DNA from: a virus
Taxonomy: Duplodnaviria > Caudoviricetes
Virus record (IMG/VR): IMGVR_UViG_3300030099_004693
Span: 1-50,786 of that record
DNA: 50,786 nucleotides
Direction: 5' to 3' (one strand)
Below the pieces are notes generated by a model. It was given only the letters and a program-made list of their open reading frames with translations, was not told the DNA's origin and searched no databases. Shown here piece by piece: positions 1-10,010 of the stretch. The position numbers and the translations under genes are program-made. How positions within the stretch are numbered: position 1 is the first letter of the stretch; each line of letters starts with the position of its first letter.

Positions 1-100
1 CCATTGTAATCATTTGTTGAATCAGTTATCCCCCAAACATATATATCCCTGCTGTCAGAAGCTGCTGTTAATACTGCCCCTATATTAGTTTTAGATGCCA
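1..100. repeat. Terminal direct repeat, copy 1 (circular contig overlap)
   Basis: 1-100 equals 50687-50786 except position 99 (C vs T). Confidence 0.95.
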
Positions 101-560
101 CTGCAAGCTCTCCCATATCTACAACATTTGATACACTTACTATTGCTAAAGTATCATCTAAAACTGCTCTAGACCAATTATCGATGTTGCCAGTGCCACC
201 ACCATCTACTACTCTATTTCCCAAAGAGTCACTTACAGTACCTAAAACTTGACTATTAGATGTAAATACTAGTTTAAAAGGGCCTGTAGCGCTAGAACCA
301 GTTCCAGATGCATCTGTAGAATTAGTTGTTAATACTGCGCTAAGAGATTGAAGTATTGCACTACCACCTTTTGTTGCTACTGCATTTGCAATTTTAGTTG
401 TCACGAACATTACATCGCCAGAAGTGCCATGTGAAGTCAAAGTAGCAGTAATATCAAAGCTATCAATGTTCATTTGGCTTAATTTTTTATTATTGGATAG
501 CACTTCTTGTCTAGTCTGAGTAACAGTGCTACCCGCATGTTTTATTGTTAAATCACTCAT
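1..560 (-). CDS. 5' part of a 199-aa putative virion structural protein crossing the circular junction (not in ORF track)
   Basis: ATG at 560-558 with GGAG RBS; frame MSDLTIKHAG...DIYVWGITDSTNDYN is open to base 1 and continues at 50686 to TAA at 50649-50647; S/T/G/V-rich beta-like composition. Confidence 0.85.
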   Translation of the reverse strand, partial: MSDLTIKHAGSTVTQTRQEVLSNNKKLSQMNIDSFDITATLTSHGTSGDVMFVTTKIANAVATKGGSAILQSLSAVLTTNSTDASGTGSSATGPFKLVFTSNSQVLGTVSDSLGNRVVDGGGTGNIDNWSRAVLDDTLAIVSVSNVVDMGELAVASKTNIGAVLTAASDSRDIYVWGITDSTNDYN

Positions 561-573
561 TTTTTCTCCATTT

Positions 574-609
574 AAAAATTATGTTAAGGGGCCATAAAGA
601 CCCCCTAAC
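574..609 (-). terminator. Probable intrinsic terminator after the capsid genes
   Basis: Minus strand GTTAGGGGGTC-TTTAT-GGCCCCTTAAC followed by ATAATTTTT. Confidence 0.6.
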
Positions 610-619
610 GATTACATTG

Positions 620-1258
620 TTATGATGGGTCTTTACCTATACCACCAAAAGTAACTGGGTTATTAATAGTATCATTCTTTTTTGCTTGTTTGTCAATAGG
701 ACATCTTGCGAATGCAGCATTAACTGCAGCTACACCTGCTGTAACTAATCCCGCTGCAACTCCATCACTACCAGCATCAGTTACTACCATTTTAACTCTT
801 AATCTAACAACTCCAGCTAGCAGAAGGTCTTCATCTGAAGCTGTAGCAGGGACTAACACTTCGCTTGTATAATCTTTAGCAGCAGTACCTATATCTGTCC
901 ATGTGCCACCATCTTGCAATGCTGCTGTACCAGGAACAACCTCGTTTCCACTGTTAAAATTATTACCATTTGAAGATTTATAATATTGCCAACATGCTGT
1001 TATTTGAGCATCACCCGTATCACCAATTTCAAGTTGAGTCCCAGGCTTAAGAGTACCAATACACAACTCTTCACTAAAATAAGTATCTGTTTCACCTGCA
1101 GCAGTAGCTCCAGGGTCAGACATTATAGTACCAGCTGTGAATTGAATGCTCATATTAGTTTCTGTTTGCGCCCAATTTGAAGACAAGACACCTATGGGAT
1201 GGGACCCCGAAGGGTCCCCACCAATGCCACCTATTGTAAGATTACTTTGGTCTGCCAT
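620..1258 (-). CDS. Putative capsid decoration/auxiliary head protein
   Basis: Directly downstream of the major capsid gene, GGAGG RBS, beta-rich; GGIGxDPS motif at both termini. Confidence 0.5.
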   Translation of the reverse strand: MADQSNLTIGGIGGDPSGSHPIGVLSSNWAQTETNMSIQFTAGTIMSDPGATAAGETDTYFSEELCIGTLKPGTQLEIGDTGDAQITACWQYYKSSNGNNFNSGNEVVPGTAALQDGGTWTDIGTAAKDYTSEVLVPATASDEDLLLAGVVRLRVKMVVTDAGSDGVAAGLVTAGVAAVNAAFARCPIDKQAKKNDTINNPVTFGGIGKDPS

Positions 1259-1268
1259 AATCTACCTC

Positions 1269-2612
1269 CTAACTAAACTTAAGAACAGCGTGAGTTTCTG
1301 GTAGGCTAATTTCAAGACCAGCTTCTGTAATCACTTGGTCTTGTCTTCCATCAACTCCGTTATCCTGTACGTTAGTTTCAACAAAGGTATCTCTGCTTAT
1401 TCCATTTCCAACTAATGGTCTGTACGCTACATTTTTCATATCAACAGCCATACAATAGTTTTCCCATGGACCTCTCAATAAAGGTTCAGCAACAAAATGT
1501 AAATTACCAAAAATAGTATTTACCATTGTTACTTGATGACCAAATGCGCCCTTAATATTTTGCACATCTAAGTTATATTGAGAAGCTCCAACTGAATTGT
1601 TTAAGAAAGAGCCATTACCTAGTTTATTTAAATAAGTAATAACTTTTCTTGAAGCAAGTACTAGTTTGTTTCCAGAATTACCACCTTCAGGTGCAAAGAA
1701 ATCTTCCATTGCATCTAAGAAAGCATCGTATCCAGAAGAAGCGTAAGTCATACTATATACTTTACCATTAGCTTCTGTATACGGAACAATTCCATGCGTA
1801 TATCTAGTTGTGCTTGCACCAGCAGTTGCATTACCTAACCCAAATAACATAGCTTGTTCTATGTCCATTTTGTGTTCCATAAGTTTATCTGTCCAGATTC
1901 TTTGGAACTCATTTTTAATGCCTCTATACTCTGTAGCAAGTGCAGTATTAGAAAAAACATTCATTCCAGTTTTAAAGATTTGACAATAACCTTCGCTATC
2001 ACTCATTAAATCTTCCCAACCTTCAGGAGTGTCAGTTCCTTCTGCCCATGCAGAACCAATTACTTGACCTTTAGCTCCAGCAGATATATCATCATTAGTA
2101 GCAATAGCATCAATAGCTGTCATTTTAGCTGCTGCAATTGTAACTTGACCATCTGTACCATCAGTACCTGCAAATGTTAATCCAGAGCCTGATGTTGCGT
2201 CTTCTGCTATTTTAATTCGCTTAACGCCTTGGTCAAATTGAATTGCAAGAACTAAACCACCTACAATAAATTCAGGTCTACAATCATTTTGTATTTTACC
2301 TTTACTATTATAAGGAGCTGTTATTACTATATTTTCACTTAATGCTGAACCTGCAGAAGCTGCTGTCATATTATTAACCGCTTCACATGTAAAGTTACGT
2401 CTTTGGTATTGATGTCTTTGTTCTAAAAACTTAAAGACTGGGTCGTTTGTTGGTTTTTTTGATACTTTATTTAAATAAACGAAGAAAGGACTTTGCTGAG
2501 GAGCAAGTTCGGCAACCCTATCACCAAAATCAAATTTTCTTCGAGTATTATCTAAAGATACACCTGTGCCAGTTTGATTGGCAGAGGTACTAAATACGGT
2601 TGCTGTAGCCAT
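1269..2612 (-). CDS. Major capsid protein (HK97 fold, SU10/DUF5309-like)
   Basis: Follows portal and scaffold; motifs G.A..EG.D.P, YCQIFKT, HK.DIE.A.LFG, TIFG.L, EAGLE resemble this family; strong AAGGAG RBS. Confidence 0.85.
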   Translation of the reverse strand: MATATVFSTSANQTGTGVSLDNTRRKFDFGDRVAELAPQQSPFFVYLNKVSKKPTNDPVFKFLEQRHQYQRRNFTCEAVNNMTAASAGSALSENIVITAPYNSKGKIQNDCRPEFIVGGLVLAIQFDQGVKRIKIAEDATSGSGLTFAGTDGTDGQVTIAAAKMTAIDAIATNDDISAGAKGQVIGSAWAEGTDTPEGWEDLMSDSEGYCQIFKTGMNVFSNTALATEYRGIKNEFQRIWTDKLMEHKMDIEQAMLFGLGNATAGASTTRYTHGIVPYTEANGKVYSMTYASSGYDAFLDAMEDFFAPEGGNSGNKLVLASRKVITYLNKLGNGSFLNNSVGASQYNLDVQNIKGAFGHQVTMVNTIFGNLHFVAEPLLRGPWENYCMAVDMKNVAYRPLVGNGISRDTFVETNVQDNGVDGRQDQVITEAGLEISLPETHAVLKFS

Positions 2613-2677
2613 ATTTATTCTCCTTTACTCTTAATTAACTCTCTCTCAGCTGTCGTGGGACCTTCGAGTAGAGTTGG

Positions 2678-3619
2678 TTACCACGGATTCTTATTATTAA
2701 AATCCGATATTAAACTATCCATAATCTTATCAGAGTCACTTCTTGCATCATTCCCGCCACCTTGACCTGTCTGAACACCCATCGGAGATGGTATCTGCTG
2801 AGCTCTTTGTGTTTGTTGAAACTCAGGACTTGGTCCAGCATTAGGTTGTGGTTGGCCTTGGCCTTTTTGCAGTCTGTATAACTGAACAAGATTATCTAAA
2901 CTAAGTGAATTAGGGTCTGACATCTGTTGAATAAACTCTTGAGCATCAGCATTATTAAATCCATAATGACCTTGAAGATGAGTGCTGACATCAGCCATTT
3001 GCTGCTGTTGAGCTGCATGCGCTTGCTGTCTTTGTATTTCATCTTGCCTAGCTTTTTCTTGAGCATCAAACTTTTCTTGCATCTGAGTTACGGTATACTC
3101 TTGTTTTAAAGTAGCGTATTCAGACATGTTATCACGCCATTCCTCATAATCATCTAAGTACCTAGCGCTTTCGCTAGTAGGGTCGCTATACGCTTCCTCT
3201 CTACTATAGCCTCTAGGTTTTTGGGGTCTTTCAGGTGGCTCAGGAAACTCTTCAACAAGTTCTGCTTCTTGTTGTGGAACTTGCATTGCGTTCATTTGAG
3301 CTTGTAATTGCTCATTCTGCCGCTGAATTTCTGCTATTTGATTATCTCTTTGAGCAGTTTGGCTTTGCCAGTACTCAAATCGTTTTTCATCATTTTTAGC
3401 AGAATACTCTTGTGCTTGCTCTTGTATTGGAGCAGATTCAGGGGTCTCAGCTACTGCTGGAGCCTGTTCCTGTGGTTCTGTTGTTTCTTGAGTGCCTAAA
3501 AAAGCATCCTCAATAGACATACTATCACTAGAGCCTTCTGTTGGCCATGGTCCTTCAAATGCAGTAGTTGCATCATTTGGATTGGCATTTTCCATCGGGG
3601 TATCTATGTTGTCTGTCAT
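2678..3619 (-). CDS. Capsid scaffolding protein
   Basis: Acidic, Q/E-rich coiled-coil protein between portal and capsid genes. Confidence 0.7.
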   Translation of the reverse strand: MTDNIDTPMENANPNDATTAFEGPWPTEGSSDSMSIEDAFLGTQETTEPQEQAPAVAETPESAPIQEQAQEYSAKNDEKRFEYWQSQTAQRDNQIAEIQRQNEQLQAQMNAMQVPQQEAELVEEFPEPPERPQKPRGYSREEAYSDPTSESARYLDDYEEWRDNMSEYATLKQEYTVTQMQEKFDAQEKARQDEIQRQQAHAAQQQQMADVSTHLQGHYGFNNADAQEFIQQMSDPNSLSLDNLVQLYRLQKGQGQPQPNAGPSPEFQQTQRAQQIPSPMGVQTGQGGGNDARSDSDKIMDSLISDFNNKNPW

Positions 3620-5835
3620 TTCTTTTTACTCACTTTCGGCTTGCCCTGTTCGCCGCTTACGGGGGTAGAAGCCTCTGTTTTTATTGAACCAGCGATATCA
3701 CGCTTGATTACGGCCATATTGTCGTCAAGTCGTTTTTCATAAACAGAGCTTGCAGCTTTTGCTTTATTACTAACTTGGTCAAGTTCTGTTTTAAATTTCT
3801 CAACTTCAATTCTTTTTCTAAGGTTAACTGACTCCCTATCTCTAGATTGCAAGTCACCTTTTAATTTTTTAATTTCATCAACTGCCTGTTGCAACTGTGT
3901 TTGGAGTTGTCCGACTTGGTCGGTTCTTTCAACAACACCCTCCATATCAAATACTTCTGTCTTCTTGAGAACCTCAATTCTATCAACCAATCCTTTCTGA
4001 TAAGCATCCATATAAAACTCAAGCTCTGCATATCTGTTAGAAGGTAATGTACTACCTGATAGATAAATTACATCATATTTTCCAACTGTAATATCATTAA
4101 ATGTAGTAATTTCATTTGTTTTGTCGTCAATAAGTTTTTTATTAATAACAAATTCACTTAATGAGTTATTAGGCTGTATTACTCTAAACACTTTTTCTTG
4201 CGTATACAACTGCTGCATTAAAGGTATGGCCACTTGAGCTACTTTAGTTAGACCAGCTTCAATATCAGCTAATTTTGATTTAATTTTTCTTTGTCCAAAT
4301 TCATCAAGACTAATCGTAGCCTTGTAGGTTTGTGGAGCAGCTTGGGCATTACCCATCATCATTTCGTATAATCCTAACTGATGGTCAATATCTTGCTTAG
4401 CTACTTGCTCACCGCTATAAAGTTCGTTTGGAAGCGGAGAGGGTTGGACAGGCATTGGTGCGCCATCTGTTGGGTCATAAGGAATTGCGACACCAGGCTG
4501 AGCCCATTTCTGCTCAAATTCTGACATGTCTACACTACCTTCTGGGACAAGTATCTTAGTATTAGTACTTGTCGTTGCATGCGCTACTATTAACGAACGC
4601 ATTTTATTTATATATTCTTGAAGACCTTTTATCATCCTTACATCAGATTGAGGATAAGGAGTTCTTGTATGTAAACTCATAAATGGTACAATTGGATAAT
4701 CTTCTATTGGAAGCTCTCTACTGTATAAATGTTTATCTCCCATAATAACGCACATATTGACTCGTTTAATTTGAGTTACAACTGTCTGTATTAGTTGTCG
4801 TTCAATAAGTTCTGCAAAACTTACTTCTTCAACGTTAATAGGCTCAGGCGCAATAGGAACTTCTGCATTGCCATCTAAACCCATACTCGTCATACCAGAT
4901 TCCATTTGAGTTTGATACTGCTGTCTTTGTTGTTCTAGTTGAGATAAAATTACCTTTGCTTGTGCGGGGTCATCAATTATTTCACCATTAATTATATATG
5001 CTTGTCGTTGAACGTAGCTAGCATATTCTTCTTCATTTAATAATAATTCTTTTTTACTCCATACTTCATAAACCCTATACCTATCAACCATTACTTTATA
5101 ATAACGTTCATATCCTCTAAGATATTCAGTATTATCTGTTCTATCTACATCTTCAGGAAAATGAGTAGCCATATCGTTAGCTCTACCTGTTTCTGGCCTA
5201 TCATGGTCATAATCACCAGCGTTATTAGCAGCATTCTTAATAGCTTTTTCGTACATAGGATATAAGTTAGCAGCTTGTTCTCTAGTAAATAATCTAGATA
5301 TAATAATATTTTCAGCATCATTAAAGAATCTATCTCTACTATTTGGGTCTACATATACATCAAGTGGGTCTACATCGTGAATACAAACTTCTCCTTTACC
5401 CATATCCATCATTGGGTCTTGATATACGTGTATATATCCTAACCCCATTACATAGTAATCATCTATCATTTGCCGTACTGCGGTTCGCCCATCAGATATA
5501 TCATACATATACGCAAGCATAGCACTCATTACTTGTGCTACTTTATTATCAGAATCTTCTCTAGGCGCTACTCTAAATGATGGTCTATTTGCAGACATCA
5601 TTGATTTTGCTGCTTCAACAGCAGGATGCACTCTATTAACAACTACAGGCGCTTGTCCTCTGGCTCTTAATATATCCTCTTGTTCTTTTGTCCATTGACG
5701 ACCAAGTCTAAACTCTTTATCTTCTTTGGCATGCTTTGCCCAGTTGTCGCGCTTAGAGCCATACTTCTTAAACAAGTCTAATGTTTCATCGACTAAGGGT
5801 TTGCCTGAAAGTTTCTTTTTAACGGTATATGCCAT
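3616..5835 (-). CDS. Portal protein (P22-like)
   Basis: Follows terminase; EDKEFRLGRQW, RGQAPVVVNRVHPAV, VYVDP, GKYDV motifs; C-terminal coiled-coil barrel. Confidence 0.9.
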   Translation of the reverse strand: MAYTVKKKLSGKPLVDETLDLFKKYGSKRDNWAKHAKEDKEFRLGRQWTKEQEDILRARGQAPVVVNRVHPAVEAAKSMMSANRPSFRVAPREDSDNKVAQVMSAMLAYMYDISDGRTAVRQMIDDYYVMGLGYIHVYQDPMMDMGKGEVCIHDVDPLDVYVDPNSRDRFFNDAENIIISRLFTREQAANLYPMYEKAIKNAANNAGDYDHDRPETGRANDMATHFPEDVDRTDNTEYLRGYERYYKVMVDRYRVYEVWSKKELLLNEEEYASYVQRQAYIINGEIIDDPAQAKVILSQLEQQRQQYQTQMESGMTSMGLDGNAEVPIAPEPINVEEVSFAELIERQLIQTVVTQIKRVNMCVIMGDKHLYSRELPIEDYPIVPFMSLHTRTPYPQSDVRMIKGLQEYINKMRSLIVAHATTSTNTKILVPEGSVDMSEFEQKWAQPGVAIPYDPTDGAPMPVQPSPLPNELYSGEQVAKQDIDHQLGLYEMMMGNAQAAPQTYKATISLDEFGQRKIKSKLADIEAGLTKVAQVAIPLMQQLYTQEKVFRVIQPNNSLSEFVINKKLIDDKTNEITTFNDITVGKYDVIYLSGSTLPSNRYAELEFYMDAYQKGLVDRIEVLKKTEVFDMEGVVERTDQVGQLQTQLQQAVDEIKKLKGDLQSRDRESVNLRKRIEVEKFKTELDQVSNKAKAASSVYEKRLDDNMAVIKRDIAGSIKTEASTPVSGEQGKPKVSKKK

Positions 5836-5850
5836 CTTGCAATTTAACTC

Positions 5851-7347
5851 CTACATAGTCATCCAATCAAGGAATTTCTTTTTCTTCTTTTTATCATACT
5901 TTTTTTCGTCATATTCTTTAAGTCTACACGGTTTTGCTCCATCTAATGCTGTCCACACAGCATCCATAACATCATCATGTTTACCTCTAGGGTATGATAG
6001 AAATTCTTGTTGGGGTTTTATGTCTTCTGGTCTAAAATAAAATTGTTTTCTAGCAAACATTGGAACCATAGACAATAATCGTTCTGATTTTCTAGTTCTT
6101 GGTTTTACACCAGCCTCTAATCCTGGTATGTATAATCCTTTTTCTTTCATTATGTCTCTTACACCTACACGTAGCGCTTCCTGATAACCTGTTGTTTCTA
6201 TCTTAACTCGTCTAGGTTTAAACTTTGTAAACGTATCAATAATCATATCAGGTTGTTTAGAAGGAGTAACTCGTTCTCTTTTAATATCTATTACGTATTT
6301 ATTATTTTCATTGTCTATGCCAATAGTAGCAATAACAAAATAGTCTGCCCTTGAGGACAATGAAGATGCGGGGTCTACTCCTGAATACACTTCAACAGGT
6401 ATTATCTTTTCTTCTTCGTCTATTGTTCTAACTAAGCACCCTTGTCCATTACGTATTTCGTAATCGTAATGATGCATTTGTATCCATTCAGGTTTAAACG
6501 GTGCATTATCTGGTGACTGCGCTATATTCATATACTCTTGGTAAAATCCGTTTAAGTTACCAATACTAGCAAACTCGTCTTTTATTTGCATTATACGTTC
6601 ATGTGGAAATCGTTCAGGCCATATACTTTTTTCATCGTCGTCCCATATACTATACCACAAAACATTCCACGAAGAAGATTCTTTTATCCAATACAAAAAA
6701 CAATCTTCTGATATAACCGTACCAATCATTACTAATTTACCGTCATCTGATAGCGATGGTATTACCGCTTCAGTCATCCATTTCTTATTTTTAGCTCTAG
6801 CTTCTGGTGTATACGCATTTAGCTCAGACTCAAAGTCGTCTACAATAATTAAGTTAGGCCTAGTATCTCCCTCAATAAAACCTCTAACTCTTTGCCCTGT
6901 ACCCACAGCTATAATTCTAGTGCCATTAGAAAGTATAACATCATTGTTTGTCCATCTTTTGGCAGTAGTAGGTCCCATATCTCCAAAAAGCTCTGTAAAT
7001 TTATCTGAATGCGCCAAATGATATTTAATTCTAGATAAAAAGTTAATAGACTGAGTTTGTGATTCTGATATGATAACAATAAATAAATCTTCGTCACTAC
7101 GTTTAAACGCAGCTTTCCATAATGGGAATATAAGTGATGTGGTTGTGCTTTTGGCTGTACCACGAGGGGCCGCTATTGCGACCCTTCGTTGCGTGTTATC
7201 GGATAAGGATTTGTAGATATTGAAGTGAAAAGGAGGTATTTCCTTTTTGAGGGCTGTTGGGAAGCAGTACCTTCCAAACAATGCCATGTTAGTATATAAT
7301 TTTTTTAACGCTTGCTGTTGAGCATAGCGTTCTTCATAATTACTCAT
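5851..7347 (-). CDS. terL: Terminase large subunit
   Basis: Walker A APRGTAKST, Walker B IIVDD, FYQEYMN, RNase H-like GVDPA and HDDVMDA. Confidence 0.95.
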   Translation of the reverse strand: MSNYEERYAQQQALKKLYTNMALFGRYCFPTALKKEIPPFHFNIYKSLSDNTQRRVAIAAPRGTAKSTTTSLIFPLWKAAFKRSDEDLFIVIISESQTQSINFLSRIKYHLAHSDKFTELFGDMGPTTAKRWTNNDVILSNGTRIIAVGTGQRVRGFIEGDTRPNLIIVDDFESELNAYTPEARAKNKKWMTEAVIPSLSDDGKLVMIGTVISEDCFLYWIKESSSWNVLWYSIWDDDEKSIWPERFPHERIMQIKDEFASIGNLNGFYQEYMNIAQSPDNAPFKPEWIQMHHYDYEIRNGQGCLVRTIDEEEKIIPVEVYSGVDPASSLSSRADYFVIATIGIDNENNKYVIDIKRERVTPSKQPDMIIDTFTKFKPRRVKIETTGYQEALRVGVRDIMKEKGLYIPGLEAGVKPRTRKSERLLSMVPMFARKQFYFRPEDIKPQQEFLSYPRGKHDDVMDAVWTALDGAKPCRLKEYDEKKYDKKKKKKFLDWMTM

Positions 7348-8098
7348 CTATTGGTTTAGTAGTAGTCCTTGACGCTTCTATGTGCGATTCTTCTTTTACT
7401 ATATCATCAATCATAGAAACAGATTTAGACTCTATCTTATCTACCGTTTTCTCCATATACTTTTCTTTCATGCCATGCATATCCTGTAAGTTTTCTACAG
7501 CACGCATTATGCTAGGAATATCTTTTTTATCCTTAGCCATTCTTATTGCATCTTCTAACAAATCAAGAGTATATTTTTCTGTTAAACCCTGTTCTTGCAA
7601 TAAACTCGCTAATTGTTCTCGTACCATCTTTTTAAAGACCTCCGATTTCATAGTGCGTCGCCACTTACGTCTTTGCGAGCTAGTTACTGAACCTAATGCC
7701 CATTCTATAGCTATATCGTAATCTGGCTTTAACGCATACATTGTTGCCAAGTTTTTCATTTTTTGCTGACCCGCCTGTACTTCTATATAGCTCTTACCTG
7801 TAAAAGTTACATTAGTTTTGCGACCAGCAACAATAAGTTTTTTAGAATCATACTTAGGATTATAAAAGGTATAACCCCAAGGAAAACGCAAATAAATACT
7901 AGAACGACCATTTTCTGCCACATAATCTTTCTTTTTGATGACCTTTGCAACATAATCGTCATCAGAGATTGCATATTCTCCCTCTTCCGCTTCTTTCCAA
8001 TATTTAAATTTAATCCCATTATCTTCTGCTTCGTTCCTTCTATAGACCGTATAAACTATCTTGCCTCGGTCTTTGTGATTAATTGGTATATCGTACAT
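7340..8098 (-). CDS. Putative terminase small subunit
   Basis: Overlaps the terL start; basic, helical C-terminal half; positional inference. Confidence 0.5.
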   Translation of the reverse strand: MYDIPINHKDRGKIVYTVYRRNEAEDNGIKFKYWKEAEEGEYAISDDDYVAKVIKKKDYVAENGRSSIYLRFPWGYTFYNPKYDSKKLIVAGRKTNVTFTGKSYIEVQAGQQKMKNLATMYALKPDYDIAIEWALGSVTSSQRRKWRRTMKSEVFKKMVREQLASLLQEQGLTEKYTLDLLEDAIRMAKDKKDIPSIMRAVENLQDMHGMKEKYMEKTVDKIESKSVSMIDDIVKEESHIEASRTTTKPIDE

Positions 8099-8652
8099 TA
8101 AACCATAGTATCTAAAAAAGCACTTTGATACCCAGGATTTACTATATCATCCATAAAAGATTCATCAGGCGTTTCATCTAAATAAAACTGCGATTGTTTT
8201 ATAAAATGCTCTTCTGTTCCTTTGCCAGCTTTAGTATTCCAATTTTGTTTCCAATAATTAGCTTGCCCTTCTAAATCTTCGGGTATTGCAGAAGGAATAT
8301 TTAATAATCCCATTCTTGTTAATGCAGCTGATATATATGGATTATGGTTTTCTTGAGATAAGTCTAAATTTAAAATATCAAAATCAGGTCTATTTAATTT
8401 ATCCTGCAAATACTGATTAGCAATTTGAACTCTTTTAGCTCCTTCAGGGCCCGTAGCTCTTTGAACAATATCTTTATATTTAATGGGGTCAATTTGCGAA
8501 GCTCCAAAAGAATATCCTCCCATTTTATCCATACCAAGATTGCTTTCTGTTGCAGCTACATTTTTCATAAACTGACCTACATCACTATATCCTGCATCAG
8601 AGTACAATTGATTAATCTCTTGTATTGCTTCTAATGTTTTTTCTTTAGACAT
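8098..8652 (-). CDS. Lysozyme-like/lytic transglycosylase-like protein (endolysin candidate)
   Basis: AATESNLG (catalytic-Glu-like ES), FGASQI (G..Q), ANYWKQNWNT..GKG. Confidence 0.55.
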   Translation of the reverse strand: MSKEKTLEAIQEINQLYSDAGYSDVGQFMKNVAATESNLGMDKMGGYSFGASQIDPIKYKDIVQRATGPEGAKRVQIANQYLQDKLNRPDFDILNLDLSQENHNPYISAALTRMGLLNIPSAIPEDLEGQANYWKQNWNTKAGKGTEEHFIKQSQFYLDETPDESFMDDIVNPGYQSAFLDTMV

Positions 8653-8969
8653 TACTTACTCATTGACCTAGCACGCTCTTTACCGCAGTTGCAGTTCCAT
8701 TTACGCAATGCTTTGTTTATTCTGCTGTTTGGGTCGTTAGCCGTCTTCGCTCCCGTTAGTCTACGCTTCATTCCACACATTCTAGCACAGAAAGAACTTC
8801 TTCTTTTAGCAGATTTACTGCCTTTCTTTAACTTACTTGGCTTTGTGGTAACAGCCATCTTTAGCTTAGAACCAGGGTTTGCGGCTCTATACGACGCAAT
8901 ACCCTTTCTGTTTAAGCCACCAGATTTACTCTTACCCGCTTTACGTTGCCATGCTGGTGTTTTTGCCAT
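8652..8969 (-). CDS. Small basic conserved phage protein (DUF6321-like)
   Basis: GGLNRKG...NPGSKLK...RRSSFCARM...DPNSRINKALRKWNC pattern recalled from marine phages. Confidence 0.7.
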   Translation of the reverse strand: MAKTPAWQRKAGKSKSGGLNRKGIASYRAANPGSKLKMAVTTKPSKLKKGSKSAKRRSSFCARMCGMKRRLTGAKTANDPNSRINKALRKWNCNCGKERARSMSK

Positions 8970-8974
8970 ATTAC

Positions 8975-9103
8975 CTACTTATTGTATTTTCTAATTTTTT
9001 TTATCTTACCATTGTGGGTTCTAGCAAACTTATGTGTTTTAGTTTCTCTAATGAGAGTACCATAATAACGTTTGCCACCCCACATCCAACTAACTTTTGC
9101 CAT
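8975..9103 (-). CDS. 42-aa small basic protein (not in ORF track)
   Basis: MAKVSWMWGGKRYYGTLIRETKTHKFARTHNGKIKKIRKYNK; TAATG coupling to the upstream gene. Confidence 0.75.
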   Translation of the reverse strand: MAKVSWMWGGKRYYGTLIRETKTHKFARTHNGKIKKIRKYNK

Positions 9104-9276
9104 TACTTACCTACTTTCATAGCAGCTATCTTATGTGACTGAGTAAACGACAATCCTTTCTTCATAGCAGCAACCATTGATTTAATGTGTTTTGATGTAT
9201 GATGTACACTATGCTTCATTAGAGCACGTTGCTGCCTCTTACTTAAAAAATCTACTGCAACTCCTTTTATCTTCAT
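9103..9276 (-). CDS. 57-aa small basic His-rich protein (not in ORF track)
   Basis: MKIKGVAVDFLSKRQQRALMKHSVHHTSKHIKSMVAAMKKGLSFTQSHKIAAMKVGK; fills the gap between neighbours. Confidence 0.75.
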   Translation of the reverse strand: MKIKGVAVDFLSKRQQRALMKHSVHHTSKHIKSMVAAMKKGLSFTQSHKIAAMKVGK

Positions 9277-9281
9277 AAGTA

Positions 9282-9578
9282 TTAATACACTTTAGAGGAT
9301 TTCTTAGTCACAGCGTCTCTATTACTTGCTTTTTTTAACATTTTTCTATCTACAGCTCCTTTTCCAGCCATAGCTCCCATATTAGCACCAGCTTTATACA
9401 TTGGACCTCGTGCTGCAGCTTTTTTTAGTCCACTTCTTGCTACTCCACTAGCGCCTATTCCTTTACCAGCAGCAAATCCACCTACTCTTCCTGCTGCTTT
9501 ACCTGCTTCTGCTACTTTTTTTGCAGCTGCTTTACCTTTTTTTGTATATGGAAACTTTTTCCCGCCTACATCTGGCAT
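9282..9578 (-). CDS. Small K/A/G-rich basic protein
   Basis: MPDVGGKKFPYTKKGKAAAKK N-terminus; AGGAGG RBS. Confidence 0.8.
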   Translation of the reverse strand: MPDVGGKKFPYTKKGKAAAKKVAEAGKAAGRVGGFAAGKGIGASGVARSGLKKAAARGPMYKAGANMGAMAGKGAVDRKMLKKASNRDAVTKKSSKVY

Positions 9579-9602
9579 AATTACCTCCTACGTTAAGTTT
9601 TA

Positions 9603-9956
9603 TTAAATTTCAATATCCTGTGGTTCTCTAAATTTTCGTGGTAGTGTTCTGTAATCTGGAACATCTTCTTCAAGAAATCGAGGTGTGGGCCTTCTATTTT
9701 TAAATGGTTTATCGCCAAACGCCCTATCTATCTCTCTAAACGTCTTTCTAGTAAAAAAATCTACCTTAGGCTTACGTTTAAATTGTTTTAATCCAAGTTT
9801 TTTTTGTTCAGCATTTATATTTAGGAATGCTTTCTTAATATCCTGGTTTTTAAAGCCTAATTGCTGAGCTATCTTAACTCCTCTAGATACTCCATGCTTC
9901 TGTAATAACCTTATAAGAACCTTTGCTATACTTGCTACTGCCATTTTATACTCCAA
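9603..9956 (-). CDS. Basic hypothetical protein, first gene of the leftward block
   Basis: GGAG RBS suggests a start at MAVAS (9944). Confidence 0.7.
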   Translation of the reverse strand: MEYKMAVASIAKVLIRLLQKHGVSRGVKIAQQLGFKNQDIKKAFLNINAEQKKLGLKQFKRKPKVDFFTRKTFREIDRAFGDKPFKNRRPTPRFLEEDVPDYRTLPRKFREPQDIEI

Positions 9957-10010
9957 TTTGGTAGATAACTTAAATAATAAACAGATTCATTTCCAAGAAC
10001 TAAATTTTAC

